Below, piece by piece: positions 9,025 through 19,314 of a stretch of DNA of 64,000 nucleotides. Each line of letters opens with the position of its first letter. The stretch's first letter is position 1. This stretch comes from Spongiibacter sp. (GTDB taxonomy: Bacteria > Pseudomonadota > Gammaproteobacteria > Pseudomonadales > Spongiibacteraceae): positions 1,689-65,688 of the forward strand of contig JBFKEA010000002.1 of assembly GCA_041619375.1 (NCBI GenBank), in the 5' to 3' direction. The notes beneath the pieces were generated by a model, which was given only the letters and a program-made list of their open reading frames with translations, was not told the origin of the DNA and made no database searches. A program made the position numbers and the translations under genes.

Positions 9025-9765
9025 ATGCGCATCGTCTATCTGGCCGAGAAACTTTCCTACCTGTCTCTGTTATTGCTGATAGCCAGCGCCGCAGGGGTGC
9101 GCTTGGAATGGCTGCACTTCCGCCTCGGCCTACTGATTTTCGCCCTGTCGGCGCTCTGCTCCCTGATCGCGATCGGCATCTCGGCGCTGTGCACCCGCCG
9201 CCAGGCCAACGGGGCCGACCGGCAGCGCCTCAGCCGGGCTGCCATTATCGCGCTGCCAGCTATCGGCTTTTTTGCCCTGAATCTGTTTGCCGGAGGCAAC
9301 AGTCCGGCGATCCATGATATCAGCACCAACACAGAGGCCCCACCACAGTTCGTCAGAGCGCCAGAGCTGCGACGCAGCACTGACAACCCGCTGGATTACA
9401 GCGCCGAAACCGCCGCGCTGCAGCAGCAATTCTATCCCGAACTCAACGGCCTCGTACTCGATCTCCCTCAAGCCCGCGCCCAGCACTTGGCAGAAGACAC
9501 CGCCGTGCAACTTGGATGGCATATTCACTACCAACAACCGGGCCACATTGAGGCGACAGAACGGAGCTTCTGGTTTGGCTTTACTGATGATATTGTCATT
9601 CAAGTGCAGAGTATCAGCGGTGACACCAGCCGCATCGACCTGCGCTCAGCCTCCCGAGTGGGACGGAGCGACCTCGGCGTTAATGCAAAGCGCATCACGC
9701 GTTTTCTGCAGGTCTATCAGCGGAGGCTGTCATCTGAATGCGAAACCGTTGACTGCGGTCTATAG
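9025..9765 (+). CDS. DUF1499 membrane-anchored protein
   Basis: Three N-terminal hydrophobic helices; IHDISTN, FGFTDD and RSASRVGRSDLGVNAKRI motifs. Confidence 0.85.
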   Translation: MRIVYLAEKLSYLSLLLLIASAAGVRLEWLHFRLGLLIFALSALCSLIAIGISALCTRRQANGADRQRLSRAAIIALPAIGFFALNLFAGGNSPAIHDISTNTEAPPQFVRAPELRRSTDNPLDYSAETAALQQQFYPELNGLVLDLPQARAQHLAEDTAVQLGWHIHYQQPGHIEATERSFWFGFTDDIVIQVQSISGDTSRIDLRSASRVGRSDLGVNAKRITRFLQVYQRRLSSECETVDCGL

Positions 9766-9924
9766 TAGGAAGCAAGCAACTCGTATCTCGGTTTTCCCTA
9801 GCAGAATAACCGTCAGCGATAACTGATGATGCCAACCACTGAGCTGGTTTAACGAATGAGGCAATGGCGGTATTCATGAACCAATACCACCTTCCCCGAA
9901 TGGATCACGGAGGCCATTACTGCT

Positions 9925-10404
9925 GTGGGCGATAAACCCTTGAGACCCCCCCGATGCAGCTTCGTATGGGTGACCCTCGCCATCTGCCTGCTATTTAGTA
10001 GCGCAAGCAGCGCGACAGAGCCAACGCCCGGCGTGAAGCTGCTTACTCATGGCAGCATCGACGCCTCCAGTTTAAACATAAGCACCCTTCGCGCCATTTT
10101 CTCCCTTCGCAAACGCAGTTGGGACAATAAAACGCCCATTAAAGTCTTTGTACTCCCGGACAATCACCCTTTACACAAACGTTTTTGTAAATCGGTACTT
10201 CGCGTCTACCCCTACGTGCTTCGGGACCAGTGGGATCGCGTTATATTTAGCGGCGCGGGCACACCACCCACTATCGTCAAGGATGCCGAGGAACTGCGCC
10301 GCGCAGTGCAATCGACACCCGGTGCCATTGGCTACCTGCCACAAAACGATGACCAAGCCTTCGCAGGCCGGACAACTTCAGCGAAACACAGGTGGTCTCA
10401 ATGA
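9925..10404 (+). CDS. Small exported periplasmic-binding-protein-like protein (PstS-like half domain)
   Basis: GTG start with GGAGG upstream, signal-like segment, LRAIFS...W...IKVFVLPD...H..F and V.STPGAIGY motifs. Confidence 0.72.
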   Translation: MGDKPLRPPRCSFVWVTLAICLLFSSASSATEPTPGVKLLTHGSIDASSLNISTLRAIFSLRKRSWDNKTPIKVFVLPDNHPLHKRFCKSVLRVYPYVLRDQWDRVIFSGAGTPPTIVKDAEELRRAVQSTPGAIGYLPQNDDQAFAGRTTSAKHRWSQ

Positions 10405-11543
10405 TCGCAAGACAATTCTTCGCCCCCCTTTCCCTCCTCGCCCTGCTACTGACGGTAAATTTCAGCCACGGCTTGGAATACAATGACGTGCAGATACATG
10501 GCTTTGCCTCGCAAGCTTACCTGCTGAGCGATGGCAATAACTTCTACGGGGACAGCCAGCGGGGCTCCACAGAATTTTATGAATTGGGGGTCAATGCCAG
10601 CTGGCAAGCGACGAACACCCTTAATATCGCCGGCCAATTATTGAGCAGAGATGCCGGTGCTACCGACAATGGCAGCGTCGAGATAGACTACCTCTTTGCA
10701 GACCTCAAAGTAGTCGAAAACGATCTAAGCGGACTCGGCTTTCGCATCGGCCGCGTGCGTAATGCCTACGGCTTTTACAATGAAACTCGCGATGTGTTGG
10801 TCACCCGCCCCAGTATTTTGCTCCCCCAGGCAATTTACTTCGAGGGCAATGGCCTGCGGGAATTGCTGTTTTCCTCCGACGGCGTGCAGCTCTACAGCTA
10901 CTGGGATGACGACGATGACAGCATCAGCCTGTCGCTCACCCTGGGGCGCAATAAAAGTGTCTCTGCAGACGTTATTAAAAATATTCTTGGCAGCAGCACG
11001 TCACAATTCATTGTACAGGGTAATTTGCGCCACCCGGTTTTCGCCCAACTCGCGCACAGCGTGAACGGCGGCTCAACACGACTGGCACTGTCGATGTTTG
11101 ATGTCGACATGGCGTTCTCCACCAACATCCCCGGCAGCAGCGATTTTAATCTCTACTCCACGGGCTATGTCGCATCGCTGCAACACAACCTGCAACGCTG
11201 GTCCTTTACCGGCGAGTACAGCTTGACTGATGTAGCCTTTCAGGCCAGCCAGAGTTACGAAACACAAATAGAAGCCGCCTATGTCCAGGCACAATTTCGC
11301 CTCAGCACCACCCTAAAACTGCACAGCCGAATTGAATACAGCACCTACGACCGCGACAACCGCAATGAGTCGGATAACAGTCATTTAATATTGGGCGTCA
11401 AATGGACACCAACGACAAATTGGACCATCGCCGCCGACATCTACGGCATACGCGGCAGCGCCGGAGTGCCAGCCATCGACAACCCCGCGGGTCTCAATGA
11501 ACGCACTGAGTTACTTGCGGTAATGATCGGGTATCGGTTTTAG
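10401..11543 (+). CDS. Outer-membrane beta-barrel (porin-like) protein
   Basis: ATG 10401 overlaps the upstream TGA. Signal peptide, QIHGFASQ, amphipathic strands, C-terminal IGYRF beta-signal. Confidence 0.75.
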   Translation: MIARQFFAPLSLLALLLTVNFSHGLEYNDVQIHGFASQAYLLSDGNNFYGDSQRGSTEFYELGVNASWQATNTLNIAGQLLSRDAGATDNGSVEIDYLFADLKVVENDLSGLGFRIGRVRNAYGFYNETRDVLVTRPSILLPQAIYFEGNGLRELLFSSDGVQLYSYWDDDDDSISLSLTLGRNKSVSADVIKNILGSSTSQFIVQGNLRHPVFAQLAHSVNGGSTRLALSMFDVDMAFSTNIPGSSDFNLYSTGYVASLQHNLQRWSFTGEYSLTDVAFQASQSYETQIEAAYVQAQFRLSTTLKLHSRIEYSTYDRDNRNESDNSHLILGVKWTPTTNWTIAADIYGIRGSAGVPAIDNPAGLNERTELLAVMIGYRF

Positions 11544-14344
11544 TGAATTCAGAACTTCCGACGACAGCTGCGCGATTGAGCAACAGCGCAGCCAGCTTCA
11601 GCCTCTTTCAGAAACTGTGCATCATCATTTTTGTGATGATCACACTGATCATGTTTGGCCGCGGCTATATCAGCTATCTACAGACATTGATCAGCTATGA
11701 AAAATCAGCCCTGCAACGCGCAGATTTTCTGCAACAAACCTTTAAAACCCTGACTGAGCGTTCAAGTCGCGAGCTGTTTCGCAGCGCAGACCGCTATGCT
11801 CTGCCATCGAGCGACGAACTGGCAAACCAGAAGATACCCGCCCCTTCACTGTTGTCCGGCATAGACTCCGTGGTGTTTATCACCCCTGGCGGAGAGATCC
11901 TCAGCTCAGCATTTGTCGAAGGCGCCAGTTTTGTGCCAGGCGCAGCGGATATTCGCCGCGCTGTATCAGCCATTTCAGCCTCGCAGCGCCCGCAAGCCGC
12001 CTTGAGCTGTGACGAAGATTGCGTGCAAAGCGTATTCATCCCGGTGATTAACGACAATGGCGACGAACTCATTATTAATATCAACCGCTCAGCAACCCTG
12101 CTATTTCAGGATTTTTACGACCTGACCCGCGCCGAGCTGCTGATTATGTCACCGGCCGAAAACCAGCGCCGCGACTACCGCGTATTGCTATCCAGCCACG
12201 GCCAAGAAAGCGAGGAAATTCTATCGGCAATTACTGACAGTGCCGTCGTGGACCCACTTAGCAATGAGCAGTTTTTTGGTCGCACTCACCTAGGGTTTTA
12301 CGCTGCAAAGTTTTTCAGTTTGGAAAACAGTAGATTGCGCGTCGCAATCATCTCTGATGAATCGCAAATGAAGGTCATTGCCCGCAAAGCGATACGCGAG
12401 GTTATCATTGCCGCTATCCTGACGATGGCCCTAGTCATCGCCGTCGTCTACATCACCCTGCGCCCGCCACTCAGCACGCTGGTAAGGATCACTGAAATTC
12501 TGCCGTTGCTGTCAAGCGCACAATTTAGGCAGGCGAGCTTGGCGCTGCAAAACATTAAACGCCGCGCAACATTCCCAGACGAAATTGACATCCTTCACGA
12601 TACCACCGAGAAAGTGAATCAGGCTCTGGAGCAGCTCAGCGACGATGTCCGCCGTCATCGCGATGACTTGCAAGACAAAGTACATGCGCTTACCGAAGCC
12701 AAGCAATTCAATGAAATGCTGCTCGACAACTCACCCATGGTAATCGTCACCCACCACGAAAACGGCAGCATTCACAATATTAATGCGATGGGCAGACGCC
12801 TCAGCGGCCTGGAAAAAAGCCTTCCTCTGAATGCCAACATCAACCACTGGGTACGCGACCCGGACCGAAACACCAGTTTAAGTGCTTCACTGCACAATAT
12901 GACCCGTAAGGGCCAGAAAAAATTACAAAATGAAATGCCATTTTTGGCCTGCGATGGGCAGATCCACGACTTCCTCTGGACACATTCTGTCATCAGCATT
13001 GATGGCAAAACATTGTTCTTGTCACTGGGCGTCGACATTACAGAAACCCGCCGTGCAGAAGAAAGTCTACGCTGGTTAGGCGAACACGATCGTGTCACCG
13101 GCCTGTTAAACCGCAGTACCTTTATTGAAGAGGCAAATCGCCACATACACAGCCTCGATGCCAACCAGTACATCAATCTGATAATGGTCGACCTCGATAA
13201 TTTTTCCGAATTCAACGACCGCTTTGGCTTTGATTGTGGCGACAGTCTGCTGCGCAAATTTGCGACCAATATCAGCGACTCTTTGGGTGATGCGCGCCTG
13301 TTGGCGCGAACCGGCTCAGGTGAGTTTTGCGTGTTAATGATTACCCGCGACGACCAACAACTGGAACGCGAAAAACTGGAAAAACTGACCAGCTTTCAAG
13401 TCAGCACCGGAGCGAGCAGCGAGACGATCAGCGCCACCCTTATCGTCGATCACTACAGCAATGACGTTAATTCTATCGACGACCTGCTCTCCAACGTCAC
13501 ATCAGTAATGCAGCGGATGAAAAACAAAGCCAAAGGGCACGTGTATTTCGTTGACGACGAAGACAGCAAAGAAAGTCGCCAAGAAAAATACCAACTTAAA
13601 GAGCAGCTTATTCAAGCGCTCAACAGCAACCGTCTAGTGCTGTTCTATCAACCGATAGTCGACATGAGCCGCCAGTATGTCAGCCACTGCGAATGCTTGG
13701 TGCGAATGCTCGATGATGAAGGCAGTTTTATCGCGCCGGCAAAATTCCTCGGCATTGCGACCGAAAGCGGACTGATGCCACGTATTGACTACATCGTGAT
13801 TGAAAAAGCCATGCGTCAGCTAGCAGCTTGGCAGCAAGCCGGTGTCAAAACACAGCTAAGCATCAATGTTACTGCGCCAACCTTGGAGCAGCCCGATTTT
13901 TCAGGGCGACTACAGGAAATCATCCGCGGTACTGGCGCAGACCCGCAGTCGCTGATATTTGAGCTAGTTGAAACCGACGCACTGGAAAATATTGACAACG
14001 CGCGGAAATTACTCGAGCAAATCAAAGTGAGCGGCGCCAAAATTGCACTGGACGACTTTGGCATCGGCTTCACGTCATTTGAATATGTACGCGAACTGCC
14101 CGTCGACTATATTAAAATTGATCAGGCATTCATTCGCTTTATCCACGAACGTGAAAACGATCAGGTCTTGGTCCGTTCGATTGTCGAAATGAGCCACAGC
14201 CTAGGCAAAAAAGTGATCGCCGAAGGTGTTGAAGAGCTTGCCGCCGTGGACATTCTGCGCGACATGCAAGTGGACTACATCCAAGGCTACTATATCAGCC
14301 GCCCGGTACCGATCAGCGCCCTGGACCTGAGTATCCGCTTGTAA
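11543..14344 (+). CDS. Membrane sensor with periplasmic domain, PAS, degenerate GGDEF and EAL domains (c-di-GMP phosphodiesterase)
   Basis: Two TM helices, PAS ending GVDITE, HDRVTGLLNR, DLDNF, GSGEF. EAL domain has YQP, ECL, ELVE, DDFG, KID, EGVE and QGY. Confidence 0.92.
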   Translation: MNSELPTTAARLSNSAASFSLFQKLCIIIFVMITLIMFGRGYISYLQTLISYEKSALQRADFLQQTFKTLTERSSRELFRSADRYALPSSDELANQKIPAPSLLSGIDSVVFITPGGEILSSAFVEGASFVPGAADIRRAVSAISASQRPQAALSCDEDCVQSVFIPVINDNGDELIININRSATLLFQDFYDLTRAELLIMSPAENQRRDYRVLLSSHGQESEEILSAITDSAVVDPLSNEQFFGRTHLGFYAAKFFSLENSRLRVAIISDESQMKVIARKAIREVIIAAILTMALVIAVVYITLRPPLSTLVRITEILPLLSSAQFRQASLALQNIKRRATFPDEIDILHDTTEKVNQALEQLSDDVRRHRDDLQDKVHALTEAKQFNEMLLDNSPMVIVTHHENGSIHNINAMGRRLSGLEKSLPLNANINHWVRDPDRNTSLSASLHNMTRKGQKKLQNEMPFLACDGQIHDFLWTHSVISIDGKTLFLSLGVDITETRRAEESLRWLGEHDRVTGLLNRSTFIEEANRHIHSLDANQYINLIMVDLDNFSEFNDRFGFDCGDSLLRKFATNISDSLGDARLLARTGSGEFCVLMITRDDQQLEREKLEKLTSFQVSTGASSETISATLIVDHYSNDVNSIDDLLSNVTSVMQRMKNKAKGHVYFVDDEDSKESRQEKYQLKEQLIQALNSNRLVLFYQPIVDMSRQYVSHCECLVRMLDDEGSFIAPAKFLGIATESGLMPRIDYIVIEKAMRQLAAWQQAGVKTQLSINVTAPTLEQPDFSGRLQEIIRGTGADPQSLIFELVETDALENIDNARKLLEQIKVSGAKIALDDFGIGFTSFEYVRELPVDYIKIDQAFIRFIHERENDQVLVRSIVEMSHSLGKKVIAEGVEELAAVDILRDMQVDYIQGYYISRPVPISALDLSIRL

Positions 14345-15823
14345 TCAGCTGCGCACCCGCGCCACCGCTTGCTTCCAGCCGTGGTAGCGCGTTTCTCTAT
14401 CGACCTCCCCCATCATTGGGGTAAATCCGCGCTCCTCCCTCCACATCGCCGCGATATCCTCTAGCGAGGCATACCAGCCCAACTGCAGCCCCGCCAAATA
14501 GGCCGCCCCCAAGGCGGTGGTCTCGGTTACCGCCGGCCGCTGGCAGTGGCAGGCCAGCGTATCGGCCAGGCGCTGCACCAACCAATCATTCACCACCATG
14601 CCGCCGTCGACACGCAGGTGTTGGATATCGGCGCCGTCGCCAGCCATCGCTTCCAGCAGGTCGCGAGTTTGATAGCACACCGACTCCAAGGTCGCTCTAG
14701 CGATATGGGCAATGCCGGTATCCCGGGTCAACCCCAAAATCGCACCGCGAGCATCAGGGTCCCAGTAGGGGGCGCCCAAGCCGGTGAATGCCGGCACCAT
14801 AAACACCCCATTGGCACTGTCGACACTCTCGGCCAAAGCTTGCGTCTCGGCAGCCGAGCCGATTAATTGCAGGCCGTCGCGCAGCCATTGCACCGCGGCC
14901 CCCGCCATAAAAATACTGCCTTCAAGGGCGTAGCAAACCTCACCGTTAATCCGGTAGGCAACGGTGGTCAATAAGCGGTTTCTCGATCTCAAGGCTTTAC
15001 TGCCGGTATTAAGCATCACAAAGCAGCCGGTGCCGTAGGTGCTCTTAGCCATGCCGGGTTCAAAGCACGCCTGGCCAACCGTGGCCGCCTGCTGATCGCC
15101 GATCAGCGAGGCTATCGGCAGTGCGGCGCCCAGCAATTCTGGCAGCGATTCACCGAAGTCATCACAGCTATTTTTTACCTCGGGAAGCAGCGCCTGCGGA
15201 ATATTGAACAACTCCAGCAGCTCCTCGTCCCAGCACTGGCGATGAATATTAAACAACAGGGTTCGCGAGGCATTGCTCGCGTCGGTGGCGTGCTGCCGCC
15301 CTCCGGTCAATCGCCACAGCAAGTAACAATCCACCGTGCCAAAGGCCAGCTCACCGGCCTCCGCACGCTGGCGAGCCCCCGGCACATTGTCGAGAATCCA
15401 GGCCAGCTTGCTGCCGGAGAAATACGGGTCCAGCAACAGGCCGGTGCGTTTATTGACGGTGTTCTCTAAGCCCTGGGCTTTGAGCTGGGCAATCCAGTCG
15501 GCGGTGCGTCGGTCCTGCCAGACAATCGCCGGGTACACCGCCCCACCCGTGCTGCGATCCCACACCAGCGTCGTTTCACGCTGGTTGGTAATGCCAATGC
15601 CTGCCAGCTGCGCCGCGTCAATGCCCGCCGCCGCTATCGCCGCCCGGCAACTGGACAAGGTCGTTTCCCAGATTTCTTCGGGATCGTGCTCTACCCAACC
15701 GTCGCGGGGATAAAACTGCTGGAACTCCTGCTGACCAACGCCGCAAATCTGCCCGCCGCGATCAAAGACAATCGCTCTTGAACTGGTAGTTCCCTGATCA
15801 ATGGCGAGAATAAAATCAGCCAT
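14345..15823 (-). CDS. glpK: Glycerol kinase
   Basis: [34 protein letters not shown] and [11 protein letters not shown] motifs. Confidence 0.96.
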   Translation of the reverse strand: MADFILAIDQGTTSSRAIVFDRGGQICGVGQQEFQQFYPRDGWVEHDPEEIWETTLSSCRAAIAAAGIDAAQLAGIGITNQRETTLVWDRSTGGAVYPAIVWQDRRTADWIAQLKAQGLENTVNKRTGLLLDPYFSGSKLAWILDNVPGARQRAEAGELAFGTVDCYLLWRLTGGRQHATDASNASRTLLFNIHRQCWDEELLELFNIPQALLPEVKNSCDDFGESLPELLGAALPIASLIGDQQAATVGQACFEPGMAKSTYGTGCFVMLNTGSKALRSRNRLLTTVAYRINGEVCYALEGSIFMAGAAVQWLRDGLQLIGSAAETQALAESVDSANGVFMVPAFTGLGAPYWDPDARGAILGLTRDTGIAHIARATLESVCYQTRDLLEAMAGDGADIQHLRVDGGMVVNDWLVQRLADTLACHCQRPAVTETTALGAAYLAGLQLGWYASLEDIAAMWREERGFTPMMGEVDRETRYHGWKQAVARVRS

Positions 15824-15903
15824 GTCGCCGCTCCCCCTATAAGTATTTTAGGGGCAAAGACTAAACAGCGGCCGGCAAGCACACAAGCGCTTTTAACCGA
15901 AAA

Positions 15904-16677
15904 TCATGCCAAAATCCCGCCATCTACGCGAATTTCTTCACCGGTAATATGAATGCCGTCATCGCTGGCCAGCATCGCTATCACCCCCGCCACTACCTCG
16001 GGGCCCTTGGCGCCGGTCAGCGAGGTAATTCGCGACAGCAGCTCGAAGTCGGCATCGTCAGGGAAACTCAAGCCCTGCACCATGCCGGTCGTGATATCGC
16101 CGGGGCACACACAGTTGGCACGCACCCCTCGCTTGGCGTATTCCACCGCAATGCTGCGGGTCAGTGCCAACACGCCGCCCTTACTGGCGCCGTAGGCCAC
16201 TCCCCACGGCAGGCCCTGTAGAGACGCGGTAGAAGCCGCATTGATAATTGCCCCCTGACTTTTCACCAACTCCGGCAGCGCCGCCTTACACAGCATAAAG
16301 GTGCCAGTCAGATTCACCGCGATAATTTGCTGCCAAACCTCCAACGGCGTTTCGTGGGCATTGGCAAAGCGCAGAATACCCGCCATATTCACCAGTGCGT
16401 CAATGCGCCCCCACTGCTCCAGCAGCGCCGCCAGACAGTCCTCCGCCGCGCCCACTGCCGCAATATCAAACACCCGCGCCACGGCGTTCCCGCCTTGCTG
16501 GCTAATCTCGTCCACTAATTCGTCCAGTGCCAGCTGATTAATATCGGTGCAAAATACCTTTGCGCCCTCGCTGGCCATACGCAGCGCCGCCGCGCGGCCG
16601 ATACCCGAGGCCGCACCCGTTACCATCACTACTTTGTCGTCAAATCGCTTCATAGTATTTCCTGTTATATTAATCAC
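15904..16677 (-). CDS. SDR oxidoreductase
   Basis: TGAASGIG, NMAG and YGASK motifs. The start may be the MKRFDD Met. Confidence 0.9.
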   Translation of the reverse strand: MINITGNTMKRFDDKVVMVTGAASGIGRAAALRMASEGAKVFCTDINQLALDELVDEISQQGGNAVARVFDIAAVGAAEDCLAALLEQWGRIDALVNMAGILRFANAHETPLEVWQQIIAVNLTGTFMLCKAALPELVKSQGAIINAASTASLQGLPWGVAYGASKGGVLALTRSIAVEYAKRGVRANCVCPGDITTGMVQGLSFPDDADFELLSRITSLTGAKGPEVVAGVIAMLASDDGIHITGEEIRVDGGILA

Positions 16678-16915
16678 TTCTCAGCACCCACTCTCAATGA
16701 GTAGTCAGCAGCATCTAGCATCGGCAAGTCGCGGACCAAGGTAAACACCCATATGTAGGAGGCGAAAGCTTAGCTTACTGACCGAATATGTTAGTCGCCG
16801 TGACGCGTTTGGCCCTTGCCTTAATAGCTGTCTCCGCTAAGCTGATCAGCCATCTAAATTGCCTTGCTAATCGCCATCAAGGTACCGCTATATTCCCAAC
16901 AAAAAGGAGAGCGAC

Positions 16916-18109
16916 GTGGCCGATCTCGACCAATTCCGCCTCGAAGTCCGCCAATGGCTGGAGGACAACTGCCCCGCTTCACAGCGCCTGCCCATCACCC
17001 GCGAAGAGCAAGTCTGGGCCGGACGCAATAAACAGTTTCCCAGCGCCGACGCCAAGCTGTGGTTTGAGCGCATGCGCGACAAGGGCTGGACCGTTCCCGA
17101 GTGGCCCAGCGAGCTGGGCGGCGGTGGACTGGATGAGCGCCAGGCTAAAATCCTGAAAGAAGAAATGAAGGCCCTGGGTTGCCGCACGCCGCTGTTCGAC
17201 CTCGGCATTTGGATGCTTGGCCCCGCCGTTCTGGAATTTGGCAACGACGAGCAAAAGCAAGAGCACATCCCCAAAATTGCGCGCGGCGAAGTGCGCTGGT
17301 GTCAGGGCTACTCTGAGCCCGGTGCCGGTTCCGACTTGGCCAGCCTGCAAACCCGCGCCGAAGACATGGGCGATCACTTCCTGGTCAATGGCTCCAAAAT
17401 CTGGACCACCAACGCCGACAAAGCCGACTGGATTTTCTGTCTGGTGCGCACCGATCCCGACGCCAAGAAACAGGAAGGCATCAGCTTTTTGCTGATCGAC
17501 ATGGACGACCCCGGTGTCAGCACCACCCTGATTGAATTGATCAGCGGCGAATCCGAGTTCTGCCAAACCTTCTTCGACAACGTCAAGGTTCCCAAGAAGA
17601 ACCTGGTCGGCGAGCTCAACAAAGGCTGGTCGGTTGCCAAGGCCCTGCTCAAGCACGAGCGCAAGCTGATGTCGGAAATCGGCGGCGACACCCCCGGCCC
17701 CAGCTTCGGCCCAGTACAGGCGGCACTGGAGTACGTCGGCAAAGGCGCAGACGGCAAATTGAAAGATGCCGCGCTGCGCGATCAGCTGGTGCGCCATGAA
17801 ATGGCCTACCGCGCCATAGGCTTGACCCACTTCCGCACCTTCGAAGAGCGCATGAGCGGCCAGGCCGACAGCAATGTGCCGCTGATTATGAAGTACGTCG
17901 GCACTGAAGAAGGCAAGCGCAAAGAAGAACTGCTGCTCGCCCTGCTCGGCCACCAGGCGCTGGGCTGGGATGGTGAGGGCTTCAACGAAGACGAAAAGCT
18001 GACCACCCGTGGCTGGCTGTTCTCCAAGGCACTGTCCATTGCCGGCGGCACCTCGGAAGTACAACTCAACATTATTGCCAAGCGTGTCCTTGGCCTGCCT
18101 CAGCAGTAA
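16916..18109 (+). CDS. Acyl-CoA dehydrogenase family protein (catalytic-type subunit)
   Basis: GTG start after AAGGAG. WCQGYSEPGAGSDLASL, NGSKIWTT, LKHER and SIAGGTSEVQ motifs. Confidence 0.93.
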   Translation: MADLDQFRLEVRQWLEDNCPASQRLPITREEQVWAGRNKQFPSADAKLWFERMRDKGWTVPEWPSELGGGGLDERQAKILKEEMKALGCRTPLFDLGIWMLGPAVLEFGNDEQKQEHIPKIARGEVRWCQGYSEPGAGSDLASLQTRAEDMGDHFLVNGSKIWTTNADKADWIFCLVRTDPDAKKQEGISFLLIDMDDPGVSTTLIELISGESEFCQTFFDNVKVPKKNLVGELNKGWSVAKALLKHERKLMSEIGGDTPGPSFGPVQAALEYVGKGADGKLKDAALRDQLVRHEMAYRAIGLTHFRTFEERMSGQADSNVPLIMKYVGTEEGKRKEELLLALLGHQALGWDGEGFNEDEKLTTRGWLFSKALSIAGGTSEVQLNIIAKRVLGLPQQ

Positions 18110-18125
18110 CAAAGGGAGACCGGAT

Positions 18126-19265
18126 ATGGCATTGGTACTGAACGAAGAACAACGCCTGCTCAAAGATACCGCCAAGGATTTTTTGAGCGCCAATATGCCC
18201 GTGGAAGCGCTGCGCAAGCTGCGCGATAGCGCCGATGAAACCGGCTATTCTCGCGAGCAGTGGCAGCAGATGTGCGAACTGGGCTGGGCGAGTATTGTCC
18301 TGCCCGAAGAATACGACGGCCTAGATTTTGGCTTTATGGGACTGGGCGCGATTATTGAAGAAAGCGGCCGCACCCTCGCCGCCTCGCCGCTGCTCAGCAC
18401 CGTCGTACTGGGTGCCTCAGCGGTACTGCTGGGCGGCAGCGACGCGCAGAAACAAGCGATTCTTCCCAAGGTGGCCAGCGGTGAAATCACCCTGGCACTG
18501 GCCCTGGAAGAAGGCCATCACCACGCGCCATTAAATACCGCGCTGCGCGCCGAAGCCAACGGCGAAGGCTATCGCCTGAACGGCGCCAAAAGCTTTGTGC
18601 CCGACGGCCACAGCGCCGACAAATTGATCGTTGTCGCCCGCAGCAGCGCAGCGCCCGGCGACGCCGAAGGCCTGAGCCTGTTTTTGGTCGACGGCGACAC
18701 TCCCGGCCTGCAGCGCCAGCGCCGCAATATGGTCGACAGCCGCGGCGCAGCCGCGCTGGTATTCGACAATGTTGAACTGCCCGCCGACGCGCTGATTGGC
18801 GAGCTGGGCAAGGCCTGGCCAATTCTTGAGCCGGTACTCGACCGCGGCCGCATCTGCCTGGCGGCAGAAATGCTCGGCGGCGCGCTGGAGTGCTTTGAGC
18901 GCACCGTGCAATACCTCAAGGAGCGCGACCAGTTCGGCGTTAAGATCGGTAGCTTTCAGGCGCTGCAGCACCGCGCCTCGCTGATGTATATCGAGCTGGA
19001 ACTGGCCAAGTCCGTGATGTTCGACGCACTGACTGCCATCGACGACAACCGCGCCGACCTGCCGCAATTGGCCAGTCTGGCCAAAGCGCGCATGAACGAT
19101 GTCTTTGAGCTGGTCACCAATGAGGCGGTGCAAATGCACGGCGGCATCGGGGTTACCGACGAACTGGAAATCGGCTTTTTCCTCAAGCGCTCGCGGGTGG
19201 CAAGCCAGCTATTGGGCAATGCCGGCTTCCATCGCGACCGCTACGCCAGCCTCTGTGGCTACTAA
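18126..19265 (+). CDS. Acyl-CoA dehydrogenase family protein (partner-type subunit)
   Basis: ATG 18126 after GGGAG. LNGAKSFV, RDQFGVKIGSFQALQH and QMHGGIG motifs; lacks SEP.GSD and the canonical C-terminal motif. Confidence 0.92.
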   Translation: MALVLNEEQRLLKDTAKDFLSANMPVEALRKLRDSADETGYSREQWQQMCELGWASIVLPEEYDGLDFGFMGLGAIIEESGRTLAASPLLSTVVLGASAVLLGGSDAQKQAILPKVASGEITLALALEEGHHHAPLNTALRAEANGEGYRLNGAKSFVPDGHSADKLIVVARSSAAPGDAEGLSLFLVDGDTPGLQRQRRNMVDSRGAAALVFDNVELPADALIGELGKAWPILEPVLDRGRICLAAEMLGGALECFERTVQYLKERDQFGVKIGSFQALQHRASLMYIELELAKSVMFDALTAIDDNRADLPQLASLAKARMNDVFELVTNEAVQMHGGIGVTDELEIGFFLKRSRVASQLLGNAGFHRDRYASLCGY

Positions 19266-19285
19266 GGCCCGCGGCGACAACAATT

Positions 19286-19314
19286 AAACGGGCACCATTG
19301 GTGCCCGTTTTTTT
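19286..19314. terminator. Intrinsic terminator between convergent genes
   Basis: AAACGGGCACC-ATT-GGTGCCCGTTT followed by a T run. Confidence 0.8.

Noticed and set aside
16979-18217. 412-aa minus-strand ORF
   Set aside because: Antisense to the acyl-CoA dehydrogenase; long shadow ORFs are expected with high-GC codon bias.
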